From a virus: a stretch of DNA of 64,000 nt. A model generated the notes under the pieces. The model was not told the origin of the DNA and did not search any database. It saw nothing but the letters and a program-made list of their open reading frames with translations. Below are positions 18,517 to 26,259 of the stretch, piece by piece. Position numbers and translations under genes: made by a program. The stretch is taken from the IMG/VR virus record IMGVR_UViG_3300009514_000013, positions 20,363-84,362 of that record; one strand, written 5' to 3'. The number at the start of each line of letters is the position of its first letter. The first letter of the stretch is position 1.

Positions 18517-19400
18517 AAGGAAGGGCGATGAAACAATTGTATGACTTCTCGAATGATCGGAAGAGCGAATCCTTGATTGAGACAGTCAAGAAAGAATTTG
18601 AAGTGAAGAAACCAATCCTCGACCCACAAAAAGCTGCCGAGTATGCGAATGAGCACGGATTGCCTGTGCCGGGGCGGCGCAAACGACATGGTGGAACATT
18701 AGATGGATCGCCGTTCTTGATTCGGGAAATGAGGAACGGGAAGTTGTCCGACCGCAAATGGGTCAGTTGTAGTTCGTATGGGTATGGACATGCTTTTATG
18801 TTAGTCCCAACCGGAGAAACACGAAAATTGATGGAGCAAGAAGATGAGCCCAAAAACAAAGATACAAATCGCTCACGACATCAAGGAGGCAGCAGAAAGG
18901 CTGAAGAGTGCTTTGGTGAGTCTTCCAGCGAACAGTTTAGCGGTGGAGACCATAGAGGAACTAGTGCTAGCTGTGATTACAGCCAACCTAAAACTGCTCA
19001 AGCGTGCGACCAAACCTCAGCCCACGGAGTCAAGCCAAGAGGAGGATGGCGATGGTTAGAACTTGGTGAGTCATTGTCTGAACATGATCAACGTCGATGG
19101 TCAGCACAGAATCCAAACAAATGGGCTATGAAGAAAAAACTCGACATGTTTGCGGATGAGTCTAGATGGCGCCGTCCCATCTTCGAAGGCAAAACAGATG
19201 TGGAACGCGCTATACTTGGTGAGATTCCAGACAAAAGGCGCCATAGGCCTGAATTAGCGGGTGTAGAGAGATGGTCTTGTCTCCGTCATGACAAGAGAGA
19301 TGAAGACCATTGGCTTGCTTCAAATATCCCAGGAGCACGTTCTGATTTCGATACAGCCGTTGGCTACGATTGTATGTACGGTGAAGAGTTCGAGGAATGA
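18513..19400 (+). CDS. hypothetical protein (gene structure uncertain)
   Basis: 295-aa ORF with a nested alternative-frame ORF at 18844-19059. Confidence 0.4.
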   Translation: MKGRAMKQLYDFSNDRKSESLIETVKKEFEVKKPILDPQKAAEYANEHGLPVPGRRKRHGGTLDGSPFLIREMRNGKLSDRKWVSCSSYGYGHAFMLVPTGETRKLMEQEDEPKNKDTNRSRHQGGSRKAEECFGESSSEQFSGGDHRGTSASCDYSQPKTAQACDQTSAHGVKPRGGWRWLELGESLSEHDQRRWSAQNPNKWAMKKKLDMFADESRWRRPIFEGKTDVERAILGEIPDKRRHRPELAGVERWSCLRHDKRDEDHWLASNIPGARSDFDTAVGYDCMYGEEFEE

Positions 19401-19490
19401 GAAGTATTGTGAAATTCGAATGGCTTGATGGTGATTGTTTTGGTCCGCGAACGATTATCCTTCGAGCTGGCAGCTCGAGGTCGAGGGTGA

Positions 19491-19685
19491 ATGATGGCTA
19501 AAAAGAAAAAGAAAAAGAACCACAAAGGCAAACAGAGCGTCTACCTTCCCGAACCGATTCTCAACGAGATCCGTTCCGAATCAGCAAGACAAGAGCGATC
19601 CATGTCATGGCTCATCCAGAAGTCTTGGGAGCTATCAAGGAAGAAGCTCATGTCACTGCAGGATATAGAGGTCCTGACGAAGTGA
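19491..19685 (+). CDS. MXAN_4361/4362-like ribbon-helix-helix small protein
   Basis: KQSVYLPEPILNEIRSESARQERSMSWLIQKSW. Confidence 0.75.
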   Translation: MMAKKKKKKNHKGKQSVYLPEPILNEIRSESARQERSMSWLIQKSWELSRKKLMSLQDIEVLTK

Positions 19686-19906
19686 TCGGTCGTCTCCTCA
19701 GACTGAATGTCTTCATAGCTGCTATTTGGGTACCTTGGATTGTTGGGAAAGTGGCGATTGAACACACTGGTTTGGATGTGACGAAGTTTCCATTTCCTGT
19801 ACCTCAGACATGGGCTGTTGGCTTCGTATTCGTCGCTGGTACATTCTTAGTTGGATACCTTGTGTTGCGAATTATCGAATGGGTCTGGTACGGGGATATT
19901 CTTTGA
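19682..19906 (+). CDS. small membrane protein
   Basis: GTGA overlap; two TM segments. Confidence 0.55.
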   Translation: MIGRLLRLNVFIAAIWVPWIVGKVAIEHTGLDVTKFPFPVPQTWAVGFVFVAGTFLVGYLVLRIIEWVWYGDIL

Positions 19907-19952
19907 CACTTTTCTCCTTCACTTTCCCCGATCAATCACTCACCATTTCTGA

Positions 19953-20978
19953 ATGAAGAAAATCCTAGTCCTAGGTGGTGGTCATCAAGGCAAGATCATC
20001 GCAAAAGAACTCGCACCTGATTTCGAAGTAATGGTTGGTGACATTTACGAGACCGTCTTACCAAACGTGGATCCTATATATCTTGATGTTACAGACACTG
20101 AGATGCTCAAGGACGAAGTCCTCGGATACGATCTCGTCATTGGTGCTCTCCCATCGAAGTTCGGATACCAAGCTGTTAGAGCCGTCCTAGAGGTCGGTGT
20201 TCCAATGATAGACCTCTCGTTCTGTCCAGAAGATTTGATGGAGTTAAATGGTCTAGCCAAAAAGAATGGCACCTTCCTCATTTCAGATTGTGGTCTCGCT
20301 CCAGGTCTCTCCAATCTCATTGTTGGCTACGAATTCAGCAAGAGAGAAGTAGAGAACATCAAGATCATGGTTGGTGGAGTGGCCAAAGACATCGATGCAC
20401 CGTATGGGTACAAGGTCAGCTGGTCTGTTGATGACCTCTTAGAGGAATACACTAGACCTGCAAGGATTCGTATTGATGGAGAGAATGTCCAGATCCCAAC
20501 GCTCACCAACTACGAGGTTGTAAACATCCCAGGAGTTGGAATCATGGAAGCGTTCTGCACCGACGGTCTCCGATCACTACTGCGAATTCACGGCCCTAAG
20601 AACCTCGTTGAGAAGACTCTCAGGTGGAGAGGTCATGTTGACCAGATCAAGCCACTGATACGTGATGGAACGTTCGTAGAGACCATCACAAGAGAATGCC
20701 AGAATGGTGAGGATCTCGTGGTGATGAGGATCGAGATGGATGATGATGTCATTCAGACAGTCATCAAGGCATCTGATGGAATCTCCGCTATGTCTCGTGG
20801 AACAGCTCTCACTACAGCGATGACAGCTAGGTTGGTTCTGGAAGATGATGTGTTTGTGAATTCGAAAGGAGTCTACTTCATGGAAGACTTCTTACCAGAA
20901 GAGTCGATGAAGTTGTTAGAGATGTTGGAGACTCGAGCTGGGGTAGCGTTCAATTGGTTCAAGAAAGGAGAAGAGTAA
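19953..20978 (+). CDS. saccharopine dehydrogenase / lysine 6-dehydrogenase family oxidoreductase
   Basis: Rossmann ILVLGGGHQG; DCGLAPGLSN; WS...LLEEYTRPAR; EAFCTDGL; EKTLRW.GH. Confidence 0.85.
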   Translation: MKKILVLGGGHQGKIIAKELAPDFEVMVGDIYETVLPNVDPIYLDVTDTEMLKDEVLGYDLVIGALPSKFGYQAVRAVLEVGVPMIDLSFCPEDLMELNGLAKKNGTFLISDCGLAPGLSNLIVGYEFSKREVENIKIMVGGVAKDIDAPYGYKVSWSVDDLLEEYTRPARIRIDGENVQIPTLTNYEVVNIPGVGIMEAFCTDGLRSLLRIHGPKNLVEKTLRWRGHVDQIKPLIRDGTFVETITRECQNGEDLVVMRIEMDDDVIQTVIKASDGISAMSRGTALTTAMTARLVLEDDVFVNSKGVYFMEDFLPEESMKLLEMLETRAGVAFNWFKKGEE

Positions 20979-21026
20979 TCGCGACAAAACACTGTCACGA
21001 TTCTGTCGCGATTCTGTCACGATTCT
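20977..21026. repeat. three tandem 11-bp repeats CTGTC(A/G)CGATT plus one inverted copy
   Basis: Direct copies at 20992, 21003 and 21014; inverted AATCGCGACA at 20977-20986. Confidence 0.85.
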
Positions 21027-21061
21027 AGTCAATCGGCTGGGTTAAGAAAGGAGAGGGGTGA

Positions 21062-21292
21062 GTGAAAAAGGCATGGAATGTTATCGTAAGAAACGTGGTA
21101 GGTGGTCTGGTTGGCTACGGAGCACTCTCAGCATCAAATGACTTCATGGGTATCTTCTTCCCGAAAGTGGAGTCGAGGACTTTCGCTTATGTGGTTGGGG
21201 TTGGTATCGGTTTGGTCTTTTTCGTCATATGTATGAAACCGATCGTGGATTTGGAAGCTAATCAATCCACATCGGATCCAAGTAGAGAGTGA
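21062..21292 (+). CDS. small membrane protein
   Basis: Two hydrophobic helices; strong RBS. Confidence 0.55.
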   Translation: MKKAWNVIVRNVVGGLVGYGALSASNDFMGIFFPKVESRTFAYVVGVGIGLVFFVICMKPIVDLEANQSTSDPSRE

Positions 21293-21533
21293 GTTCATCG
21301 ACGTTCAGCTTGCTCACTGGTTTCCCATCTCGAATCTCTTCGTTCTGAAACTTCTCTTGAATGAACTGACGAGCTGCTTCCAAGATCTCGTCACACTTCG
21401 GTGGTTCTTCCCAGATATTCAGGCACTTCTTGCACAGTGGAGTAATCACTTTTGACTTGTCGAGAGTGTAGGTCCCAAGAGAGGTCTGGCATTGCATGCA
21501 TTCGATTTCGATGAGTGGTTGTGTGTGACTCAT
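21258..21533 (-). CDS. zinc-finger hypothetical protein
   Basis: CMQC..CKKC; one of the few minus-strand genes. Confidence 0.55.
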   Translation of the reverse strand: MSHTQPLIEIECMQCQTSLGTYTLDKSKVITPLCKKCLNIWEEPPKCDEILEAARQFIQEKFQNEEIRDGKPVSKLNVDELTLYLDPMWID

Positions 21534-21554
21534 GCGGTGAGTATACGCCAGTAC

Positions 21555-21570
21555 GTTAAAGTGCTTTAAC
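21555..21570. promoter_or_regulatory. 16-bp palindrome copy 3
   Basis: GTTAAAGTGCTTTAAC between divergent genes. Confidence 0.65.
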
Positions 21571-21643
21571 ACAGGGAATGCCCTCTTCAGATTTCTGTTG
21601 ACCTCTGTTGAACGGGTGGATCATGCTTTCGAGTGTGGGTGAA

Positions 21644-21850
21644 ATGAAGAAATTGAAATCGCTTAGGTACTCGCTTGGCTCCTCGCTTTACTACTCGCTT
21701 TACTCCTCGCTTGAGGACTCGCTTAGGCACTCGCCTAGGTACTCGCCTTGGTCCTCGTTTAGCTCCTCGCTTTACTCCCCGCTTTGGTTCTCGCTTTGGT
21801 CCTCGCTTAGGTTCTCGCTTTGGTCCCAAATGTGTTTAACAAAGGAATAA
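21644..21850 (+). CDS. SLxx tetrapeptide-repeat protein B
   Basis: MKKLK + 14 units (SLRY SLGS SLYY SLYS SLED ...). Confidence 0.6.
   Translation: MKKLKSLRYSLGSSLYYSLYSSLEDSLRHSPRYSPWSSFSSSLYSPLWFSLWSSLRFSLWSQMCLTKE
21659..21826 (+). repeat. 12-bp tandem array B (x14)
   Basis: TCGCTTnnnnnC units. Confidence 0.95.
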
Positions 21851-21854
21851 ACCA

Positions 21855-22199
21855 ATGACAGAAGGAACAGAACTGTTTGAAAGCGTAATCCATCACTTCT
21901 CAGAGCAAGTGAATGAGCTTGCTAAGGAGAAAGGTTGGTGGGAAGAAGATCGCAACGACGGAGAGATGATTGCTCTCATCCATAGCGAATTGTCAGAAGC
22001 TCTTGAAGCTCTCAGGCATGGCAACCCACCAAGTGAGAAGATTCCAGAGTTCAGCCAAGTCGAAGAAGAACTCGCTGATGTTCTCATCCGCATCTTTGAT
22101 TTCGCCTACACCCGTGGATGGAACCTAGGTGAAGCTGTTGTGGCCAAGCATGACTACAACCAGAGTCGGCCATACAAACATGGCGGAAAGAAGTTCTAG
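21855..22199 (+). CDS. MazG-like NTP pyrophosphohydrolase
   Basis: IHSELSEALEA..EELADVLIRIFD; N..RPYKHGGK. Confidence 0.85.
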   Translation: MTEGTELFESVIHHFSEQVNELAKEKGWWEEDRNDGEMIALIHSELSEALEALRHGNPPSEKIPEFSQVEEELADVLIRIFDFAYTRGWNLGEAVVAKHDYNQSRPYKHGGKKF

Positions 22200-22358
22200 A
22201 TGAAACTGGTAAAGATTTCGACTCAAGGTTGGTCGGTGAAAACGGAACTACCGGTAAAGATCCGATCTCTAGCTTCTTTTCTAAGACATTCGATAGCGTG
22301 GTCATTTGGATTCAACGAAGAAGATGAGTTAGTCGAAAGAGGTAGGATCAGTGAGTGA
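22200..22358 (+). CDS. 52-aa small protein, possible SLxx-family member (not in ORF track)
   Basis: MKLVKI..RSLASFLRHSIAWSF.. Confidence 0.4.
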   Translation: MKLVKISTQGWSVKTELPVKIRSLASFLRHSIAWSFGFNEEDELVERGRISE

Positions 22359-22554
22359 AACAACAACGGTGTTTGAAGTCGAATGCATAGCTGAGACTGA
22401 GAAAGCAATCCTAGTCACTGACAATGCAGGTTTTGAAGAATGGATTCCAAAGAGCCAGATTCATGATGATTCTGAAGTGTACAAAGAAGGCACCTCAGGA
22501 GATCTCGTGGTCAAGACTTGGATGGCGAAGAAACTCGGATTGGATACGGAATGA
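22351..22554 (+). CDS. small phage protein (ETEKA..WIPKSQI family)
   Basis: ETEKAILV..EWIPKSQI..W.AKK.G motif. Confidence 0.7.
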   Translation: MSETTTVFEVECIAETEKAILVTDNAGFEEWIPKSQIHDDSEVYKEGTSGDLVVKTWMAKKLGLDTE

Positions 22555-22760
22555 GAATGATCGAGTTCAGTCCGAATCGCATGTACTCTGCGCCAAAAGC
22601 TTCTCTTCGATACAGGTTACAAACCGAAGTTATAAACTTCTTTTGGCCTTACTCGCCTTTAGAGTTTGAACCTATTCAACTTGGGCTGATCTCTTCTCTA
22701 ACTTCAATTACACATTGCGTAAGACAAGAGCTTGAAGTAAGGAGCACCCATGACAAGTGA
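22551..22760 (+). CDS. small protein, possible SLxx-family member
   Basis: ATGA overlap; ASLRYRL..ISSLTS..RQELE. Confidence 0.4.
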   Translation: MRMIEFSPNRMYSAPKASLRYRLQTEVINFFWPYSPLEFEPIQLGLISSLTSITHCVRQELEVRSTHDK

Positions 22761-23283
22761 CAGAAGTTGGTTCCAGACCTACACTGCAAAAGTATTCAGG
22801 CCCAAGGAACCCGAATCAGAACTTGTGTGTATCGAAGACATCGCCCATCACCTATCGAATATTTGCCGCTACAACGGAGCATGCCGATCGTTCTACTCAG
22901 TAGCTCAGCACTCAGTTCTCGTCTCAAGGATTGTTCCGAGAGAAGATGCACTTTGGGGATTGCTTCATGATGCAGGTGAAGCTTACATAGGTGACATGGT
23001 CCGGCCTCTGAAGATCCACATGCTGGAGTTCCAGAAAGTAGAAGAAGGAGTCATGAAAGCTGTGTGTGAACGCTTTGGACTCAATCCAAAGCAACCTGCA
23101 TCGGTGACCAAAGCTGACATGACTATCCTTGCAACAGAAAAGAGAGATCTCTGTAGAGAAGCTCCGATTCCATGGGGTATTGAGCACATCGCTCCAATCA
23201 CAACAACGATCAGTCCATGGCCACCGCAGAAAGCAAAAGAGATCTTTTTAGAAGAGTTCCGGAATCTATTTGAGGGAGAGTGA
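22750..23283 (+). CDS. HD-domain 5'-deoxynucleotidase (YfbR-like)
   Basis: DIAHHLSNICRYNG, YSVAQHS, LLHDAGEAYIGD, AD..LATEKRDL. Confidence 0.88.
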   Translation: MTSDRSWFQTYTAKVFRPKEPESELVCIEDIAHHLSNICRYNGACRSFYSVAQHSVLVSRIVPREDALWGLLHDAGEAYIGDMVRPLKIHMLEFQKVEEGVMKAVCERFGLNPKQPASVTKADMTILATEKRDLCREAPIPWGIEHIAPITTTISPWPPQKAKEIFLEEFRNLFEGE

Positions 23284-23708
23284 TGACATTGGTAATGGGA
23301 AGTCGAACAACACCTGGTCTGCTTGAAGAAGTGAAAGAGAAGAAGTCTGAACGGAAGTGGGAGAAGCCATCCGGCGAACAAGCTGTTCAGTATGATGAGG
23401 GAAAACTTCGGTATGATCTGATTTCTCGATTTGCTCTCCGTGAAGTTGTCAGAGGAGCTACGTTTGGAGCAAACAGCAAGTATGACGACTGGAATTTCCT
23501 TAAAGGAAAAGGGTTGTCAGTCTCAGCTCAGTTGGCTTCTATCGAACGCCATTTCAACAAAATCATGATGGGAAATGACATCGATGAAGAGTCTAAGGTT
23601 CACCATCTTGGGCTGATTGCGCTGCGGGCGATGATGGCTTACGAGACTCTGATGTTTCACCCAGAACAAGATGATCGCTTCTACAAGAACAACAAGCCGA
23701 AGAAATGA
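23280..23708 (+). CDS. DUF5664-like dATP/dGTP diphosphohydrolase domain protein
   Basis: YDEGKLRYDLI, FGA..KY..WN..KG, RH, D.ES..HHL. Confidence 0.8.
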   Translation: MMTLVMGSRTTPGLLEEVKEKKSERKWEKPSGEQAVQYDEGKLRYDLISRFALREVVRGATFGANSKYDDWNFLKGKGLSVSAQLASIERHFNKIMMGNDIDEESKVHHLGLIALRAMMAYETLMFHPEQDDRFYKNNKPKK

Positions 23709-23742
23709 ACGCCATCCAACAACTGCTCTTTAGTCAAGTAGA

Positions 23743-24162
23743 ATGTCGAATGCACAAGAACTATTTGAGAATCTCATCCTCACCGAAACTGATCTCTCTG
23801 GATTAGCCGCAACCATCGCTGTCCTCGCTTCTCCTAGCGATCGAGGTTCTGCACTTACTCGCATCTATATTGGTGTCGACTACTGCAACAAGCTCCTCAA
23901 TCAACTTCTCCAATTGACAGATCAAGAGCTTCCATTCCGAGACAAGTTCTTGAAACTTAGTGATGTGTACCAACGGCGTTTGAGTGCTCTTGAAGAGATC
24001 GGAAATCAAAGTCGTATACCTACGGTTGGAGCTATGACTACCGTTTCTTGGGTTGTTGAACTGGTTGATGAACCACTCCGTGAGATTGTTGATGGGTTGA
24101 AGACACTGGCAGCGATTTCATCAATCGAGAACTTCTTGCGTTGGTGTCTGCTCAGAGTGTGA
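23743..24162 (+). CDS. hypothetical protein
   Basis: 139-aa ORF in operon. Confidence 0.55.
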   Translation: MSNAQELFENLILTETDLSGLAATIAVLASPSDRGSALTRIYIGVDYCNKLLNQLLQLTDQELPFRDKFLKLSDVYQRRLSALEEIGNQSRIPTVGAMTTVSWVVELVDEPLREIVDGLKTLAAISSIENFLRWCLLRV

Positions 24163-24178
24163 TAAGTTCGAAATTGAA

Positions 24179-24514
24179 ATGACCAAGTGCGTTGGCTGCG
24201 AATGGCCATCAGGTTGTAAAGCTCAATTCAACCCACCCAAAATCATGATCCGGAATCGTTATCGGTACTTGTGCAAAGCTCATGTTCAGATAGCCGAAAG
24301 AGATCCGATCTCAACAGCAGAAACTTTCTGGGCGCTCGACAATTGGAAACCGAAAGATATGGTTTGTCCGCTCTGTGATGGTCCGTTGATGACTACTGGC
24401 GTCTGTGTGAGTTGTGACGAACTCCTAGTCAGACGGGAAATAGCTGGTCTTTTTGACAAGTTGGTGACTGAAGAGGTTCCTGATGAGGACGACGAATCCT
24501 CAGAAGCTGCCTAG
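24179..24514 (+). CDS. double zinc-finger protein
   Basis: CVGC..C..CKAH; CPLC..CVSC. Confidence 0.55.
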   Translation: MTKCVGCEWPSGCKAQFNPPKIMIRNRYRYLCKAHVQIAERDPISTAETFWALDNWKPKDMVCPLCDGPLMTTGVCVSCDELLVRREIAGLFDKLVTEEVPDEDDESSEAA

Positions 24515-24530
24515 GTTAAAGCGATTTAAC
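24515..24530. promoter_or_regulatory. 16-bp palindrome copy 4
   Basis: GTTAAAGCGATTTAAC between TAG 24514 and ATG 24533. Confidence 0.7.
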
Positions 24531-24532
24531 AC

Positions 24533-24901
24533 ATGGAGAACACCGACGAGATTCGTATCCATCTCACCACCCTGGTGCAGAACGCTGCGAGAGCCTGCAA
24601 AATAGCCGGTCTCGAGCATGAATTCAGAAAGCTGTCCCAAGTCCAGGTAGATTTCAAAACCCGCCTAGCGTGCGTTTTCAAAGCTGTCAGGCTGGTGGAG
24701 ACTTCCATCTTGGTGAATTGGGGTAAATCGCTCATGACCCCAGGTTTTTCTGGCCTAGCCGCGGAATCTATTGCTATCGTTCGATTAGGGGCTATCACTG
24801 CTCTCACGGAGGCTGATGTAGATGTCAAAAGGAAATGGATCCAAGAACTGGTCAACCGTTCCGACTGTAAAGTTCTCTCCTACTCGAAAGAAGGAACTTG
24901 A
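24533..24901 (+). CDS. hypothetical protein
   Basis: 122-aa ORF. Confidence 0.55.
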   Translation: MENTDEIRIHLTTLVQNAARACKIAGLEHEFRKLSQVQVDFKTRLACVFKAVRLVETSILVNWGKSLMTPGFSGLAAESIAIVRLGAITALTEADVDVKRKWIQELVNRSDCKVLSYSKEGT

Positions 24902-25211
24902 GAAGCTATTCGAAGAACGTGTCGAACAGTACCTGGGTGATCCGACGATCAAAGAATTGGTGCAACGATACAGAAAGAAGATCGATCTACAAGAAGAGAT
25001 CTTCGCATCTCCAATTGATGTTCATGAAGCTTTCGACGCGGTAGTTGTTGCCCACTGCTTCGCAGATCACGAACCAGTTGACCTAGCGAAGAAGGTTGAA
25101 AGTAACCTAGTTATGGTTCGTGCGATGTGTCGCCACTACAAGAAACTTGCTGACATCTGGAAAGAGAACTGTGATGCTCTTTGCGAATTGGTGAAAAATG
25201 ACGACGTTTGA
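24822..25211 (+). CDS. hypothetical protein
   Basis: 129-aa ORF; GGAGG upstream. Confidence 0.55.
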   Translation: MSKGNGSKNWSTVPTVKFSPTRKKELEKLFEERVEQYLGDPTIKELVQRYRKKIDLQEEIFASPIDVHEAFDAVVVAHCFADHEPVDLAKKVESNLVMVRAMCRHYKKLADIWKENCDALCELVKNDDV

Positions 25212-25608
25212 AGAGAAGTACCCAAATGTGAAACCAGCTCCTCTTCTTTCGGATAGCGATCGAAATAGGTGGATCGTAGAAAAAGAACCACAGAAGGTAG
25301 AGACAGAAGATCTCGTTGTAGAGGAGAAAAAGGCTGAACCTGTTGTTGATCGATGGGCGAAGATTGGCAAACTCTCTCTCAATCTCGACGGGATCGGTGG
25401 TACAGTTCCAGAACTTCTCTTGCTCCTCATTGCAGAAGTTAGAGAGTTGGTGATGCAACCAAAACAAGAAACAGTTGCTTCAGTGGTTCAATCCAGACCG
25501 GATTTGCAGAATGCTTTGAAAGACAGCATCGGAGAGATTCAAAAGATGATGGGTGCTCTCAACCGAGGTAAGCCAGGAACTCCATTGAAGAAGGTGAATG
25601 GAGAATGA
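25198..25608 (+). CDS. hypothetical protein
   Basis: 136-aa ORF. Confidence 0.55.
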   Translation: MTTFEEKYPNVKPAPLLSDSDRNRWIVEKEPQKVETEDLVVEEKKAEPVVDRWAKIGKLSLNLDGIGGTVPELLLLLIAEVRELVMQPKQETVASVVQSRPDLQNALKDSIGEIQKMMGALNRGKPGTPLKKVNGE

Positions 25609-25805
25609 AGAAGGTTGAAATGAAACCTCTTGGCTCCTCGCTTTGGTTCTCGCTTGAGGACTCGCTTGAGGACTCGCTTGAGTTCTCGCTTGAGGACTCG
25701 CTTGAGGACTCGCTTAAGGACTCGCTTTGGTCCTCGCTTGGCTCCTCGCTTTACTCCTCGCTTGGCTCCTCGCTTTGGTTCTCGCTTAGAGAGGAGTTGA
25801 AGTAG
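25605..25805 (+). CDS. SLxx tetrapeptide-repeat protein C
   Basis: MKKVEMK + 14 units + ELK; ATGA overlap with the upstream gene. Confidence 0.65.
   Translation: MKKVEMKPLGSSLWFSLEDSLEDSLEFSLEDSLEDSLKDSLWSSLGSSLYSSLGSSLWFSLREELK
25626..25793 (+). repeat. 12-bp tandem array C (x14)
   Basis: Units include TCGCTTGAGGAC, TCGCTTTGGTTC, TCGCTTGGCTCC. Confidence 0.95.
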
Positions 25806-26020
25806 TGATTCCTAAACCATCTCCATGGTCCAAGTGGGTTGTTAAATCTCTACAGATTGTAGGTGGAACCTTCTTGGGGTCTCTCATAAGCATGTTGGCA
25901 AGCAACTTCTTCCCTATATCACCGGGATTTCTACTTCTTTTGTATGGTCTCTCATGCTCCTGGGGTGTCGTCTTCATCACCGACCTCATGATTTTCTGGT
26001 CAAAACGTAAAAAGTCCTGA
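25805..26020 (+). CDS. small two-TM membrane protein
   Basis: Two hydrophobic helices and a basic tail. Confidence 0.55.
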   Translation: MIPKPSPWSKWVVKSLQIVGGTFLGSLISMLASNFFPISPGFLLLLYGLSCSWGVVFITDLMIFWSKRKKS

Positions 26021-26034
26021 TAAGGAAGAACGTA

Positions 26035-26259
26035 ATGAAAAATGAACACCAAGCTGTCGTACTAGCAATGGCTCAGCACATTTACAAAGATCTTGTCGCC
26101 AAGAACATCACTAGTGAAGTGATGACGGATCCACCAGAAGGAGAAAAAGCTGACCAACTTGCCGACGCTCTAGGCAACGCAGCTGTCTTCTCAATCCAGG
26201 CTGCTGAGATCTTCCTCGCATCAGCAGAAGGTTGGTTTGGTGACGAAGAGGGTAAGTAA
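26035..26259 (+). CDS. hypothetical protein
   Basis: AAGGA RBS. Confidence 0.55.
   Translation: MKNEHQAVVLAMAQHIYKDLVAKNITSEVMTDPPEGEKADQLADALGNAAVFSIQAAEIFLASAEGWFGDEEGK

Noticed and set aside
19903-19950. Promoter at TTGACA upstream of the dehydrogenase gene
   Set aside because: No acceptable -10 element at 16-18 nt spacing.
21587-21829. Minus-strand PKRG-repeat basic protein
   Set aside because: It is the shadow frame of array B. The plus-strand frame shares start context with the paralogues.
10663-25793. 12-bp arrays as CRISPR arrays
   Set aside because: There are no unique spacers, the unit is far too short, the arrays are in-frame coding and no cas genes are present.
10663-25793. 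Complete diversity-generating retroelement
   Set aside because: No reverse transcriptase or A-rich template repeat is in the window, and some unit variants (CCT, TTT, CCG) are not at adenine positions. It is kept only as a hypothesis.
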